Assembly: GCA_031288595.1 (NCBI GenBank)
Contig: JAITRB010000003.1
Coordinates: forward strand, 87,225 to 119,224
Length of the DNA: 32,000 nucleotides
Reading direction: 5' to 3'
From: Puniceicoccales bacterium
Lineage (GTDB): Bacteria; Verrucomicrobiota; Verrucomicrobiia; Opitutales; JAIRLG01
Shown here: piece by piece, positions 8,827-16,753 of the stretch
Numbering within the stretch: position 1 is the first letter of the stretch
Layout of the letters: every line of letters starts with the position of its first letter
Notes under the pieces: model-generated
Told to the model about the DNA's origin: nothing
Databases searched by the model: none
Seen by the model: the letters and a program-made list of their open reading frames with translations, nothing else
Position numbers and translations under genes: made by a program

Positions 8827-9416
8827 GCCAATACCCCTGTTTCCCGCCGGTAAATGGCGTGCAGAGCGGCCTCATTTTCCTCAATCGTCCCACTCGGAAC
8901 GATGTAGTGGTAGTGCTCGGCATAGCTCAGCTCTGTATCCGCCGATTTCAGGCGACGGGCGATTTCCTCCGCCGAATCCCTTCGCTTCTGCAGGCGATGC
9001 TGCAGCGTTTTCAAATCATCTGGTTTCAGAAAGATGGAAACGCAACGGCCGCCCAAGGACGCGAAACGCGCGTGGGACTTGGAAATGGCCTGCATCCCGT
9101 GGACATCGATGGTCAGGAAGAGATGGTACGTATCCAGAAACGGGAGAACGGACTCGACTAAGGTCCCATAGAGATGGGTACCATAAACCGGAGTGAATTC
9201 CAAAAACTCATCTTTTCGAATCCTCTGCTCAAAATTCTCCGCCGATAGGAAGTGGTAATCCTGCCCATCGATTTCCCCTGGCCTTTGGGGACGGGTGGTA
9301 CAGGTCACGACACGGCGCAGAGGATAGTCCGGATGATGGCGCAAAAAGCCCGTGACCAGGGTCGTCTTCCCGACGCAAGACGGGCCCGAGATGATGAACA
9401 GCTTTCCAGTAGTCAC
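8787..9416 (-). CDS. gmk: Guanylate kinase
   Basis: The P-loop is KLFIISGPSCVGKTT. The track ORF starts at TTG 9470. I prefer GTG at 9416, with AAAGGAG 11 nt upstream, which places the P-loop at the usual N-terminal position. Confidence 0.8.
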   Translation of the reverse strand: MTTGKLFIISGPSCVGKTTLVTGFLRHHPDYPLRRVVTCTTRPQRPGEIDGQDYHFLSAENFEQRIRKDEFLEFTPVYGTHLYGTLVESVLPFLDTYHLFLTIDVHGMQAISKSHARFASLGGRCVSIFLKPDDLKTLQHRLQKRRDSAEEIARRLKSADTELSYAEHYHYIVPSGTIEENEAALHAIYRRETGVLACASAVVGPEESP

Positions 9417-9584
9417 AGCAGATAGCTCTCCTTTATATTCCCGTACTAAAACCGTTCTGGCCGGATTCAAAGTCTAAAATACACGAAAGACGATAGGGAG
9501 AAATGCCCGAATCTTCAATTTTTGGCAAACCCTCGGCTTTGGGGAAAAGGCTTCTCAGGAAATGTGGGGAAAGGCAAATTTTCC

Positions 9585-9659
9585 TGGTACCCCTACGGGG
9601 AATTGAACCCCGGTTTCCGGAATGAGAATCCGGCGTCCTAGCCGCTAGACGATAAGGGC
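9585..9659 (-). tRNA. tRNA-Glu (anticodon CUC)
   Basis: The minus-strand sequence is GCCCTTA TC GTC TAGCGGCTAG GAC G CCGGA TTCTCAT TCCGG AAAC CGGGG TTCAATT CCCCG TAGGGGT A CCA. It folds as a full 75 nt cloverleaf with the GTCTAGxGG D-arm typical of tRNA-Glu and an encoded CCA. Confidence 0.9.
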
Positions 9660-9756
9660 AATGCCCCATCATTGGGGGAGAGAAGGCCTCTCTGTCAACC
9701 GCAAACGGCTTTCGGCTCCGAAGATGGGTGTTTCCTGAGCTTTGGACTTTTTCTCT

Positions 9757-11124
9757 TCAGAGGGAATAGGTGACACCGGCTTCGGGGTCCAGGGTGCGGA
9801 TTTTCGGAGCTAGCTCAGCGAAGCGGTCAGCGAACCACTGTCGGGCCCCACCATCCCCGTGATTGAGGACAATCGCCCGTGGACTCATGTGCAAGGCCGC
9901 CTGGACCAGCTCCTCGCGGTCGGCATGCCCACTGAGATCGAAATGCTCGATTCTCGCCCGAACCGCTGTTTTGTAGCGAAGCCCTTCGAAGGAAAAGCGC
10001 TCTCCCTTCGGCGTATCGAGGAGTTTGCGGGCCGGCGTATCATCGGCGCAGAAACCGACGAAGAAAATGCCGTGCTGGGGATGGGCTAGGAGCGAAGCCG
10101 CAATATTATAGGATGGGGTATTCTCGGTCATCATGCCACTGCTGACCACGAAAATGCTGGAGTGCTTCGGACTTCGGCCCGGCTTCAGACAGGGAGAAGA
10201 ATCGAGGGCTTGTACGCGAAGCTCATCGATGAACTGCTTTTTGAAAAAAATCTCCCGATGCTGCTCCGACAATTGATCCAAAGGAGCCACCAGCGACATC
10301 CCTAGCCCCGAGGCAAAAATGGGAATTTTTTTGGAAATCCTCCCATAGCGACGGGCTTCCTGAAGGATCATGAGAATCTCCTGCATGCGGCCCAGGGCAA
10401 AGCTGGGGATCAGAACAGATCCCTGCTGTCCTAAAACCTCATCGATGGCCTCCAGGAGCCGTGCGATTTCTGTCTTGGCCGTCTGATCCTCCGGACGCTG
10501 GGCATTGCCCCGCGTCGTCTCCATGACCAGGGTGTCGATCGGCTCCTTCGACCAGTCCGCTCCCTTGAGGATATATTGGTCTCGGAAGAGAACATCGCCG
10601 GAAAAAAACAGTTTGCGCCGTCCGTGCTGGAGCAGCACGCTGGCCGCTCCTGGGATATGCCCTGCCGCGACGAACTGGACGGCGATCTCGTCCCCCTGTT
10701 TCTGGAAAATACGGGTCACTCCCAGGGGCATGGGACAGAAATGCTCCCTCAAGGCCTGGATCTCTCCCTTGGTATATAGAGGATAGATCTTGATGCCCAG
10801 CTCCTCCCTCTGCCGCCTCATGACATGCCAGGAATTTTCCAACATCGGGAAGATCAGGGATTGCGATGGCGGCGACAGCAGGATTCTCGCCTGAGGTTGC
10901 CGGCGCATGAGGACCGGCAGGCTTCCGATGTGGTCGAGATGGCAGTGGGTGATGAGGATCAGATCCAGAGCGATACCCTCTAAACGGTCAAGGCAGGGTA
11001 AGGCCTCCATTCCCAGGGATCCCGGGTCCATACCGCTATCCACAAGAATATGGAAGGAAGCAATTTCGATTAAAACGCAGTGCGCTCCGATTTCCCGCCT
11101 ACGGCCGAGATCAGTAAAATGCAT
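9757..11124 (-). CDS. MBL-fold metallo-hydrolase, beta-CASP type (RNA-metabolising, CPSF73/RNase J-like)
   Basis: The HxHxDH motif (ITHCHLDHIGSLP) is present, followed by downstream GH, D and H motifs (AAGHIPGAAS, FSGDV, DLSGHAD, VLNHGD). I prefer ATG 11124 (MHFTDLG...) over the track start at 11244, which would overlap tsaC. Confidence 0.7.
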   Translation of the reverse strand: MHFTDLGRRREIGAHCVLIEIASFHILVDSGMDPGSLGMEALPCLDRLEGIALDLILITHCHLDHIGSLPVLMRRQPQARILLSPPSQSLIFPMLENSWHVMRRQREELGIKIYPLYTKGEIQALREHFCPMPLGVTRIFQKQGDEIAVQFVAAGHIPGAASVLLQHGRRKLFFSGDVLFRDQYILKGADWSKEPIDTLVMETTRGNAQRPEDQTAKTEIARLLEAIDEVLGQQGSVLIPSFALGRMQEILMILQEARRYGRISKKIPIFASGLGMSLVAPLDQLSEQHREIFFKKQFIDELRVQALDSSPCLKPGRSPKHSSIFVVSSGMMTENTPSYNIAASLLAHPQHGIFFVGFCADDTPARKLLDTPKGERFSFEGLRYKTAVRARIEHFDLSGHADREELVQAALHMSPRAIVLNHGDGGARQWFADRFAELAPKIRTLDPEAGVTYSL

Positions 11125-11194
11125 AAAAACTTGTTCTTGATATGAAAATTTCTTGCTATGAAAACTTGCGGGCAGCCACTCGGCTAGGGCTTTT

Positions 11195-12226
11195 TCAGGG
11201 CCCTTTCTTTGGCAGTCCAGCCGCGCGGCACAGGCGATCCGCAATCGCCGTCCCTAAACCATGAGATGGCGGACATTGGCAATAAATTTTTTCATAGGAG
11301 TGGGAGGTATCCAATTCCCGTAGGAGACTGAAAAGTCTCTTGGCTACTTGCATCCCATCTCCCTCCTCACTCAGGAAAAAATCATTCCCCAAAACCTCTT
11401 CACGGTCCTTTCGGGATAGGAAAACCCTGGCGACGTTCTCCTCTTTGGCAAGGGGCAATTCTTCCATTTTGAAGAAAAGACACAGCGGAGTCCGTGGGCT
11501 ATAGTGCCGCCGAAGCATTCCCGGGGCCATCGGCGATACGGTGTCATCGAGCTCCTCATGGATATAGCCCGCTATTTCCTTATCCGGTAATACGGATTGA
11601 ATCTCCTCACGGGTGATTTTTCCCGGACGCAGAATGCGCATTGGCGAACGCGAGAGATCGAGAATCGTGGATTCTAGACCGACTGTACAGTCGCCGCCAT
11701 CCAGGATATAGTGCAGCTTTCCCCCCAGAGATTCCCGTACATGTCGGGCCAAAGTGGGGCTGAGATAGCCGAAAGGATTGGCACTGGGTGCCGCCAAGGC
11801 AAGGCTCGAGCGCCGGAGAATTTCCCGAAACAGGGGATGTGCGGGTATCCGCAGGGCCAAAGTCGGCCGTCCTGCCGTGAGGAGCTCCGGTACCCAGGAT
11901 TTTTTTGGTAAAACGTAGGTGAGGGGCCCGGGGGAAAATCTTTCGATCAAAGTGAGCACCGTTCGGCGCAAATCCTCGTTGATCTCTGCCCATTCCAAGA
12001 GTTTTTCTCCATTTTCCACGTGCACGATCAACGGGTCGTAGAGGGGACGCCTCTTGATCTCGAAAATCTGCCGAAGAGCTCCTGTATTGAGCGCATCTGC
12101 CGCTAGACCGTAGACCGTTTCCGTCGGAAGGGCCGCTACCCCTCCCTTCCGGATCCAATCCGCTAGCCAATCCAGATTTTCCTGCGTCGGCGAAAGGATC
12201 GCCGTTTCTATTGTTCCCGAACTCAC
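11195..12226 (-). CDS. tsaC: L-threonylcarbamoyladenylate synthase, long Sua5/YwlC type
   Basis: The YrdC-domain motifs are ALPTETVYGLAADA, KRRPLYDPLIVHV, PGPLTYVL and LALRIPAH...APSANPFG. A roughly 130 aa Sua5 C-terminal domain follows. The GTG start lies 1 nt after the rpsR stop. Confidence 0.8.
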   Translation of the reverse strand: MSSGTIETAILSPTQENLDWLADWIRKGGVAALPTETVYGLAADALNTGALRQIFEIKRRPLYDPLIVHVENGEKLLEWAEINEDLRRTVLTLIERFSPGPLTYVLPKKSWVPELLTAGRPTLALRIPAHPLFREILRRSSLALAAPSANPFGYLSPTLARHVRESLGGKLHYILDGGDCTVGLESTILDLSRSPMRILRPGKITREEIQSVLPDKEIAGYIHEELDDTVSPMAPGMLRRHYSPRTPLCLFFKMEELPLAKEENVARVFLSRKDREEVLGNDFFLSEEGDGMQVAKRLFSLLRELDTSHSYEKIYCQCPPSHGLGTAIADRLCRAAGLPKKGP

Positions 12227-12227
12227 C

Positions 12228-12479
12228 TCATTTCATGAGCAACATATGGCGCGAGCGCTTGATCATCCGCGTGATATGCCGCTGTTGGTGGGCGCTGAGG
12301 CCGGTATATTTGCGCGGGAGGATCTTTCCTGTCCCCGTGATGTAGCGGGAGAGGGAATCGACATCCTTCCAGCTGAAATCCATCGGTGAACGCGATGATA
12401 CCTGCGCTTTTCCTTGCTCCTCTGCCATAAAAAACTGCTGGGTCAGCTTGCAGTCCGATCGGCTTTTTGGCAATGCCAA
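12228..12479 (-). CDS. rpsR: 30S ribosomal protein S18
   Basis: The conserved S18 core is WKDVDSLSRYITGTGKILPRKYTGLSAHQQRHITRMIKRSRHM. The start is uncertain: ATG 12479 gives 83 aa and ATG 12428 gives 66 aa. Confidence 0.8.
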   Translation of the reverse strand: MALPKSRSDCKLTQQFFMAEEQGKAQVSSRSPMDFSWKDVDSLSRYITGTGKILPRKYTGLSAHQQRHITRMIKRSRHMLLMK

Positions 12480-12556
12480 TTTTCAAAAAATGGGAAAGAA
12501 TTGCCTATACTCTTCCTTGGAGGCGTTGTTCAAAGTGCCCCAGGACTCGTCATCTC

Positions 12557-12657
12557 TTTTGCCGCCTTTGCAAGGGGGCAATGAAAAGAAGGTCTTTTCA
12601 TTGCCCCTTGAGGCCCGCTCCGCGGGCCGCTCCCTTCGGGAGCCAAAGGCGGCAAAA
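12557..12657. repeat. Modular intergenic repeat, copy E (order long-GC-short)
   Basis: Arms are ttttgccgcctttg (12557-12570) and caaaggcggcaaaa (12644-12657). Hairpins are caagggggcaatgaaaaga/tcttttcattgccccttg (12571-12610, one bulge), ggcccgc-tcc-gcgggcc (12612-12628) and gctccc-ttc-gggagc (12629-12643). Confidence 0.85.
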
Positions 12658-12729
12658 AACACACACCCAAACCCTTTCGTACTGGACACCATGAGATTTC
12701 ACAGTAGCCCTTTCGGGCACTCATCCGTC

Positions 12730-12819
12730 GGAGAGATGGCAGAGCGGCCGATTGCACCGGTCTTGAAAACCGGAGTGCCGGTAACGGCACCGTGGGTTCG
12801 AATCCCTCTCTCTCCGCCA
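12730..12819 (+). tRNA. tRNA-Ser (anticodon UGA)
   Basis: The 90 nt sequence starts GGAGAGA TG GCAG..., has anticodon arm CCGGT CTTGAAA ACCGG, a long variable arm AGTGCCGGTAACGGCACC, T-arm GTGGG TTCGAAT CCCTC, acceptor end TCTCTCC and G CCA. Confidence 0.92.
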
Positions 12820-12977
12820 GAGTCTAAGATAGAGAGAAGGCTTTATCCCTCTCATAACTGACGATCGCCGCTTTCAGGCTATGTGGACCTAGGTTCGGTG
12901 ATTCGGTAAAGCACAGCCCCTTAGCAGCGCTTGGGTCAAGATAGGGGATGTAAGGGAAATATCAGGAGAAAATTCCC

Positions 12978-13607
12978 CTAAAATTCCTCCGATTCATCGA
13001 AAAACTCAAGTTCTCTCTCATTTTCAGCGGCCCCGACATCATCCGCCTCGAAATGGTTTTCCTTCTCAGGAGCAGAAGTCAGGTCGAGTGAAAGAGCCGG
13101 TGAATCGTCTGTGGCCACAGGGTTTCCCTCGCCCTTCAGGATCCCTTCATCACTTTGGCCTCCCCTGGGGCTTGTTCCCTCTGAAGAGGAGAGTAGGGGA
13201 TTTTCCGGAGAAGGAGCGGCAGCCGAAATACCTTCGGCTCTCATCCCCTCGACGAGGCCGCTGTCGCTAGGAGTGAAGGGCGTTTTTTCTTTCGACGGCG
13301 AAGTGGGCACGGCCAGACTTTCCGGAGCGCTGATCCACTTCATGATGACTTCCTTCTTGCCCTCACGGGCCATATAGAGCATGGAGAGGAGCAGCGAGAG
13401 GAGGAAGAACAGGATCGTCGAGGTGATCGTCCAGCGGTGCAGGATATTGCCCGCCTCCCCACCGAAGATGGAAGCGACCGCTCCACCGCCCAAGGCTGAG
13501 CCCATGCCGGCATCCTCGCTGGGCCGCTGCATCAGAATGATGAGCACGTTGAAGAGGCTGATCAAAATTAGGGCAAGGCTGAGAAGGACGACGAGAAAAC
13601 TAGTCAT
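12978..13607 (-). CDS. secG: Preprotein translocase subunit SecG with a long C-terminal extension
   Basis: The first ~80 aa have two transmembrane helices and the SecG-type glycine-rich loop (LMQRPSEDAGMGSALGGGAVASIFGG). The remaining ~130 aa are Ser/Pro/Glu-rich and low in complexity. Confidence 0.7.
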   Translation of the reverse strand: MTSFLVVLLSLALILISLFNVLIILMQRPSEDAGMGSALGGGAVASIFGGEAGNILHRWTITSTILFFLLSLLLSMLYMAREGKKEVIMKWISAPESLAVPTSPSKEKTPFTPSDSGLVEGMRAEGISAAAPSPENPLLSSSEGTSPRGGQSDEGILKGEGNPVATDDSPALSLDLTSAPEKENHFEADDVGAAENERELEFFDESEEF

Positions 13608-13795
13608 AGATCAACAGCAGTTCATACTGCACATCTCTCCGCTCCAGCTCAAGCCCTAAAAGGGAAAAATTTACCCTCATCGCGGATTACGGAAGCCCTC
13701 AAGGCATGCCTCATATTCTCAGCTCTTCAATTCGGTGAAGCGGCAAAAAGTTGACACCCGCCGCCATTCCACTTCTACAGGAGGAGCGATTTGAA

Positions 13796-13870
<75 letters not shown>

Positions 13871-14114
13871 GAAATTCTTCCGGATCGAGATCTTCAGCTG
13901 GGGGAAGCCACTGCGAGTTTTTCCATTTCGAGAGGAATAGGCCTAGCATTCGAGGGGAAGCCCAGGATTTTGGCCCTACGGGATCCCCATTGCATTTCGC
14001 TCCGCCTCCAATTCGATGTCTCTCGGGGTCGAGATCTGCGTACAAACTCGTGGAGCAGGCAGCGAGGCCAAAACTCTCTCAAAGACCCTCTGCAGGAACG
14101 CTCTCTGCTCAAAA

Positions 14115-14204
14115 TGGCGGAGAGAGAGGGATTCGAACCCCCGGTACCCTTTCGGGTACATCCGATTTCGAGTCGGACACATTCGGCCACTCTGTCATCT
14201 CTCC
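14115..14204 (-). tRNA. tRNA-Ser (anticodon CGA)
   Basis: The 90 nt minus-strand sequence starts GGAGAGATGACAGAGTGGCCGAA..., has anticodon arm TCCGA CTCGAAA TCGGA, a long variable arm GTACCCGAAAGGGTAC, T-arm GGGGG TTCGAAT CCCTC and ends TCTCTCC G CCA. Confidence 0.92.
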
Positions 14205-14391
14205 GGAAATTTTTCAAACTGAGCCGAGCCGACGAAATTCGTGAGATACGAGTCACTTTGGCAAGAGAGTAAATCCAGCGGGGCGATTTCTTTCCGGGAA
14301 AGAATTTTCATTGACAGTGACTGGACACTTCCCATCGTGCACCTTCTGCATCAGAGGGTGCAGGAAATCAATAACAAAGGAAAGGGGATAC

Positions 14392-15408
14392 ATGATGGGG
14401 AATAGGATTCTGGGTATTGTACTAGGGGTAGCGGCCTTAGGTTCCGCAGTGCCGGGGGATGTTTTTGGAGGCAGGGAGGATGATTTTACCTTCGCCTGTT
14501 CGCTAGTCATTCCCTTAGGGCGTATTCCAGAAGCACTGGGGAAATACGTTCCCCTTTTGCCGGAAGAAGCTCCTTCGGGAAACCCACTCGGAGGACAGTC
14601 ATTTTGGCAAGGTGTCTCAAAAGCCTTTGTCTCTTTGGCCGAAGCAGAGTTGGAGGGGCAGACTGCAGCTGCCTTATATGCGAGTCTTAAGGAGGATCAA
14701 GGCTCAGGAATTTCAGTCGAAAATTTCACCGGATATGAAAAGGAGCTTTTTAAATCTCTGGGAGAAGGAGAGGGTATCCTGTTGACTTTAGCCGGAACTC
14801 TTAGTGGGCAAATTCGGCCACTTGTATATAATCCAAACAGAAAAGGGCTGACGGCCTTCGGCAGCAATCTCTACAGAGCTTATACTCAGAGTCTGACGAG
14901 CTTCACGAGTTTTCATCGCATCAGCGATGAGCAAAGATCATTTCTCCTCGATTTGTTACGTGGGTTCTTCAGCATAGGCTCCAAGGGAGTCGTTCCAGGG
15001 GGCAGTGCTGCTGCAGGGTGGGTCCCTGAGCCCACCGAAGCCTTATCTTCCATACTCCTGGATCTCTGCTTAATCTATGAACTGAATTATGGAAGCGTCG
15101 CCAGAACATACAACCCGTCCTTCCTCAGCAGTCAAAAAGAATTCGCCAAACATCTTCTGGTCCTGCATTTGACCCGTTTCGTCGAGGCCTTAACCAGGGC
15201 TCTTCAGGCTCAAGAAGAGCCCAAGAATCCTTTTTACAGCGCAGATGTTCCCGATGAAACTACTGCTAGCACAGCTCTCCAGGAGAGCAAGACCACAGGC
15301 ACGACCACGAAAAAAACAGAGGGAGCTCTCACTAAAAAAGCAGCAAGTAGCGGATCCGCAGCTAGCTCCAGAGAATCCGTCCCTTCATTTCCCGGGGATG
15401 AGGGATGA
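14392..15408 (+). CDS. Hypothetical secreted protein, paralog 1 of a tandem pair
   Basis: The ATG at 14392 is preceded by aaggaaagggga. The N-terminus looks like a signal peptide (MMGNRILGIVLGVAALGSAVPG). The protein shares collinear blocks with the next gene (LTAFGSNLYRAYTQSL, GWVPEPTEAL, LHLTRFVEAL). The C-terminal tail is Thr/Ser/Lys-rich. I recognise no known domain. Confidence 0.6.
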   Translation: MMGNRILGIVLGVAALGSAVPGDVFGGREDDFTFACSLVIPLGRIPEALGKYVPLLPEEAPSGNPLGGQSFWQGVSKAFVSLAEAELEGQTAAALYASLKEDQGSGISVENFTGYEKELFKSLGEGEGILLTLAGTLSGQIRPLVYNPNRKGLTAFGSNLYRAYTQSLTSFTSFHRISDEQRSFLLDLLRGFFSIGSKGVVPGGSAAAGWVPEPTEALSSILLDLCLIYELNYGSVARTYNPSFLSSQKEFAKHLLVLHLTRFVEALTRALQAQEEPKNPFYSADVPDETTASTALQESKTTGTTTKKTEGALTKKAASSGSAASSRESVPSFPGDEG

Positions 15409-15709
15409 TTAATTCATCTCCCTATCCCTCCTTTCTGGCGAAGAAGCTCTTTCCACTTCTTCGTCTTCCATCAGGGCTTCGGCCGATAAAATAAAACTCG
15501 AGAGACCTGCCACTCTAGAGGGAAGGCAGGTCCGGGAAGGCAGGTCCTGTCCGATGTACCTAAGCTTTGCATTATTCCACTCCAGCAGCTAGAAATAGAT
15601 AGGGGCTAGTTCAGGGAGCAGATGGTTTATGTCAGGAAGCAGTTCTGTTTCCAGCCAGGAAAGGAAATCAGTTCTAAAAATTATCACACCAAAGACTTCC
15701 CGCTTTCTG

Positions 15710-15737
15710 TTGACAATCTTCATGGGAACTTTATTTT
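15710..15737 (+). promoter_or_regulatory. Candidate sigma70-type promoter for paralog 2
   Basis: TTGACA (15710-15715) is followed by a 16 nt spacer and TATTTT (15732-15737), about 40 nt upstream of the ATG at 15777. ggaggg lies just before the start. Confidence 0.4.
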
Positions 15738-15776
15738 GAGACAATTGGGAATAAGCGAATCTGGAGGGAATGGGAT

Positions 15777-16700
15777 ATGATTTTTAGCAAGAAAGCTGTA
15801 AGTGCTGCGCTGGGCGCAGTTAGTTTGGGAGGGATGACGTTGCAGGCCTGGACATTTGGAGATAGGGAACTCCTGCACATGGCCTATTCTATCGCCTATA
15901 CTTTAGCCCTCACACAAGAACAAGTAGATAGCTATTCCACTTATCTTCCAGAACAACCCCCTAAAGGAGGACAAGCCTTCGACGTACGAGCTCTTTGGGA
16001 AAAGATCTCTGTAGCCTTTGATTCTCTAGCGAAAGCGAAACTCAATGGCAGTGATTCTGATCCGAAGAGCGCTGAGGAGCTAAAGCTATACCTCGAGAGC
16101 GAGGATACGGTTTTGCCAGCAGCTAGGCGAGAACTCGTCGATTACGCATCGGCATTCTTCCTTTCTTTGACGCAGAAAAGCGGCTTAGGAGCCTTTGCCA
16201 AAGCGCTCACGACGGCGGTCTGGCCTAGCGTATACGATAGGGAGAAGAAAAAATTCACGACCTTCGGCACCCAACTGTACAGCGCTTATGGCCGCAGCCT
16301 AAGTGCCTACCTGAATCTCTTCCATATTCCCACCGAACATAAGGCTATTATATACAAGGTTCTAGGTATTGTTTTTAATAAAAAAGAGCCTCCTTCCTCT
16401 TTTACAGGGACTTCGCTCGGATGGGTTTCGGAACCGGTAGAAACCCTTTACTTCATGAACGTGGACCTCCGTATTATCCATTTGCTAGCTCAGTACGGCG
16501 ATCTTAGAAACACCTACAGCGCAACTCTTCTGGAAAACCTGAAACATTTCATCGAAATGCTTTGGGTCCATCATCTGATCCGTTTTCATGAAAGTCTGCA
16601 GGAGTTCAACCAAGCGCAGCAGCCAACAGGAGATGGGCTTCCTGACGACAGCGGAGAAGAGGACGAAGAAGCACCTCTCAGAACCGACGATGCACGATGA
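15777..16700 (+). CDS. Hypothetical secreted protein, paralog 2 of a tandem pair
   Basis: The N-terminus looks like a signal peptide (MIFSKKAVSAALGAVSLGGMTLQA). Blocks match paralog 1 (FTTFGTQLYSAYGRSL, GWVSEPVETL, HHLIRFHESL). The C-terminal tail is acidic (DDSGEEDEEAPLRTDDAR). Confidence 0.6.
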   Translation: MIFSKKAVSAALGAVSLGGMTLQAWTFGDRELLHMAYSIAYTLALTQEQVDSYSTYLPEQPPKGGQAFDVRALWEKISVAFDSLAKAKLNGSDSDPKSAEELKLYLESEDTVLPAARRELVDYASAFFLSLTQKSGLGAFAKALTTAVWPSVYDREKKKFTTFGTQLYSAYGRSLSAYLNLFHIPTEHKAIIYKVLGIVFNKKEPPSSFTGTSLGWVSEPVETLYFMNVDLRIIHLLAQYGDLRNTYSATLLENLKHFIEMLWVHHLIRFHESLQEFNQAQQPTGDGLPDDSGEEDEEAPLRTDDAR

Positions 16701-16727
16701 AGAGACCTTTTAGGTCTTTTTATTTTT
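16701..16727 (+). terminator. Candidate intrinsic terminator after paralog 2
   Basis: The hairpin agacct-ttt-aggtct (16703-16717) is followed directly by ttttattttt. It lies in the 53 bp gap between convergent genes. The stem is short and AT-rich. Confidence 0.45.
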
Positions 16728-16753
16728 ACACAAACTGAACGAAGAGCCTTCTC

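Noticed and set aside
9660-9756. TTGACA upstream of tRNA-Glu, and a similar TTGACA at ~13760 upstream of tRNA-CAU, considered as promoters.
   Set aside because: The best -10-like hexamers lie 19-20 nt from the -35 box, or are poor matches. That is too weak to call without transcript data.
11125-11244. Upstream extension of the beta-CASP MBL hydrolase ORF to 11244.
   Set aside because: It would overlap the 3' end of tsaC by 50 nt. The family N-terminus (…IGAHCVLIE…) begins shortly after the ATG at 11124.
13885-14037. The 9 nt direct repeat tcgagatct (13885-13893 and 14029-14037) between the convergent tRNAs, considered as possible att sites.
   Set aside because: The repeat is only 9 nt, contains the palindrome AGATCT and brackets no genes. 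No integrase is nearby. Chance occurrence is plausible.
14311-14391. The TTG start at 14311 for paralog 1, and TTGACA at 14311-14316 as a promoter -35 box.
   Set aside because: The extension (MTVTGHFPSCTFCIRGC...) precedes a much better start: ATG 14392 has a purine-rich RBS and an immediate signal peptide. TTGACA may be a real -35 box, but I found no acceptable -10 hexamer 16-18 nt downstream, so I did not report it as a feature.
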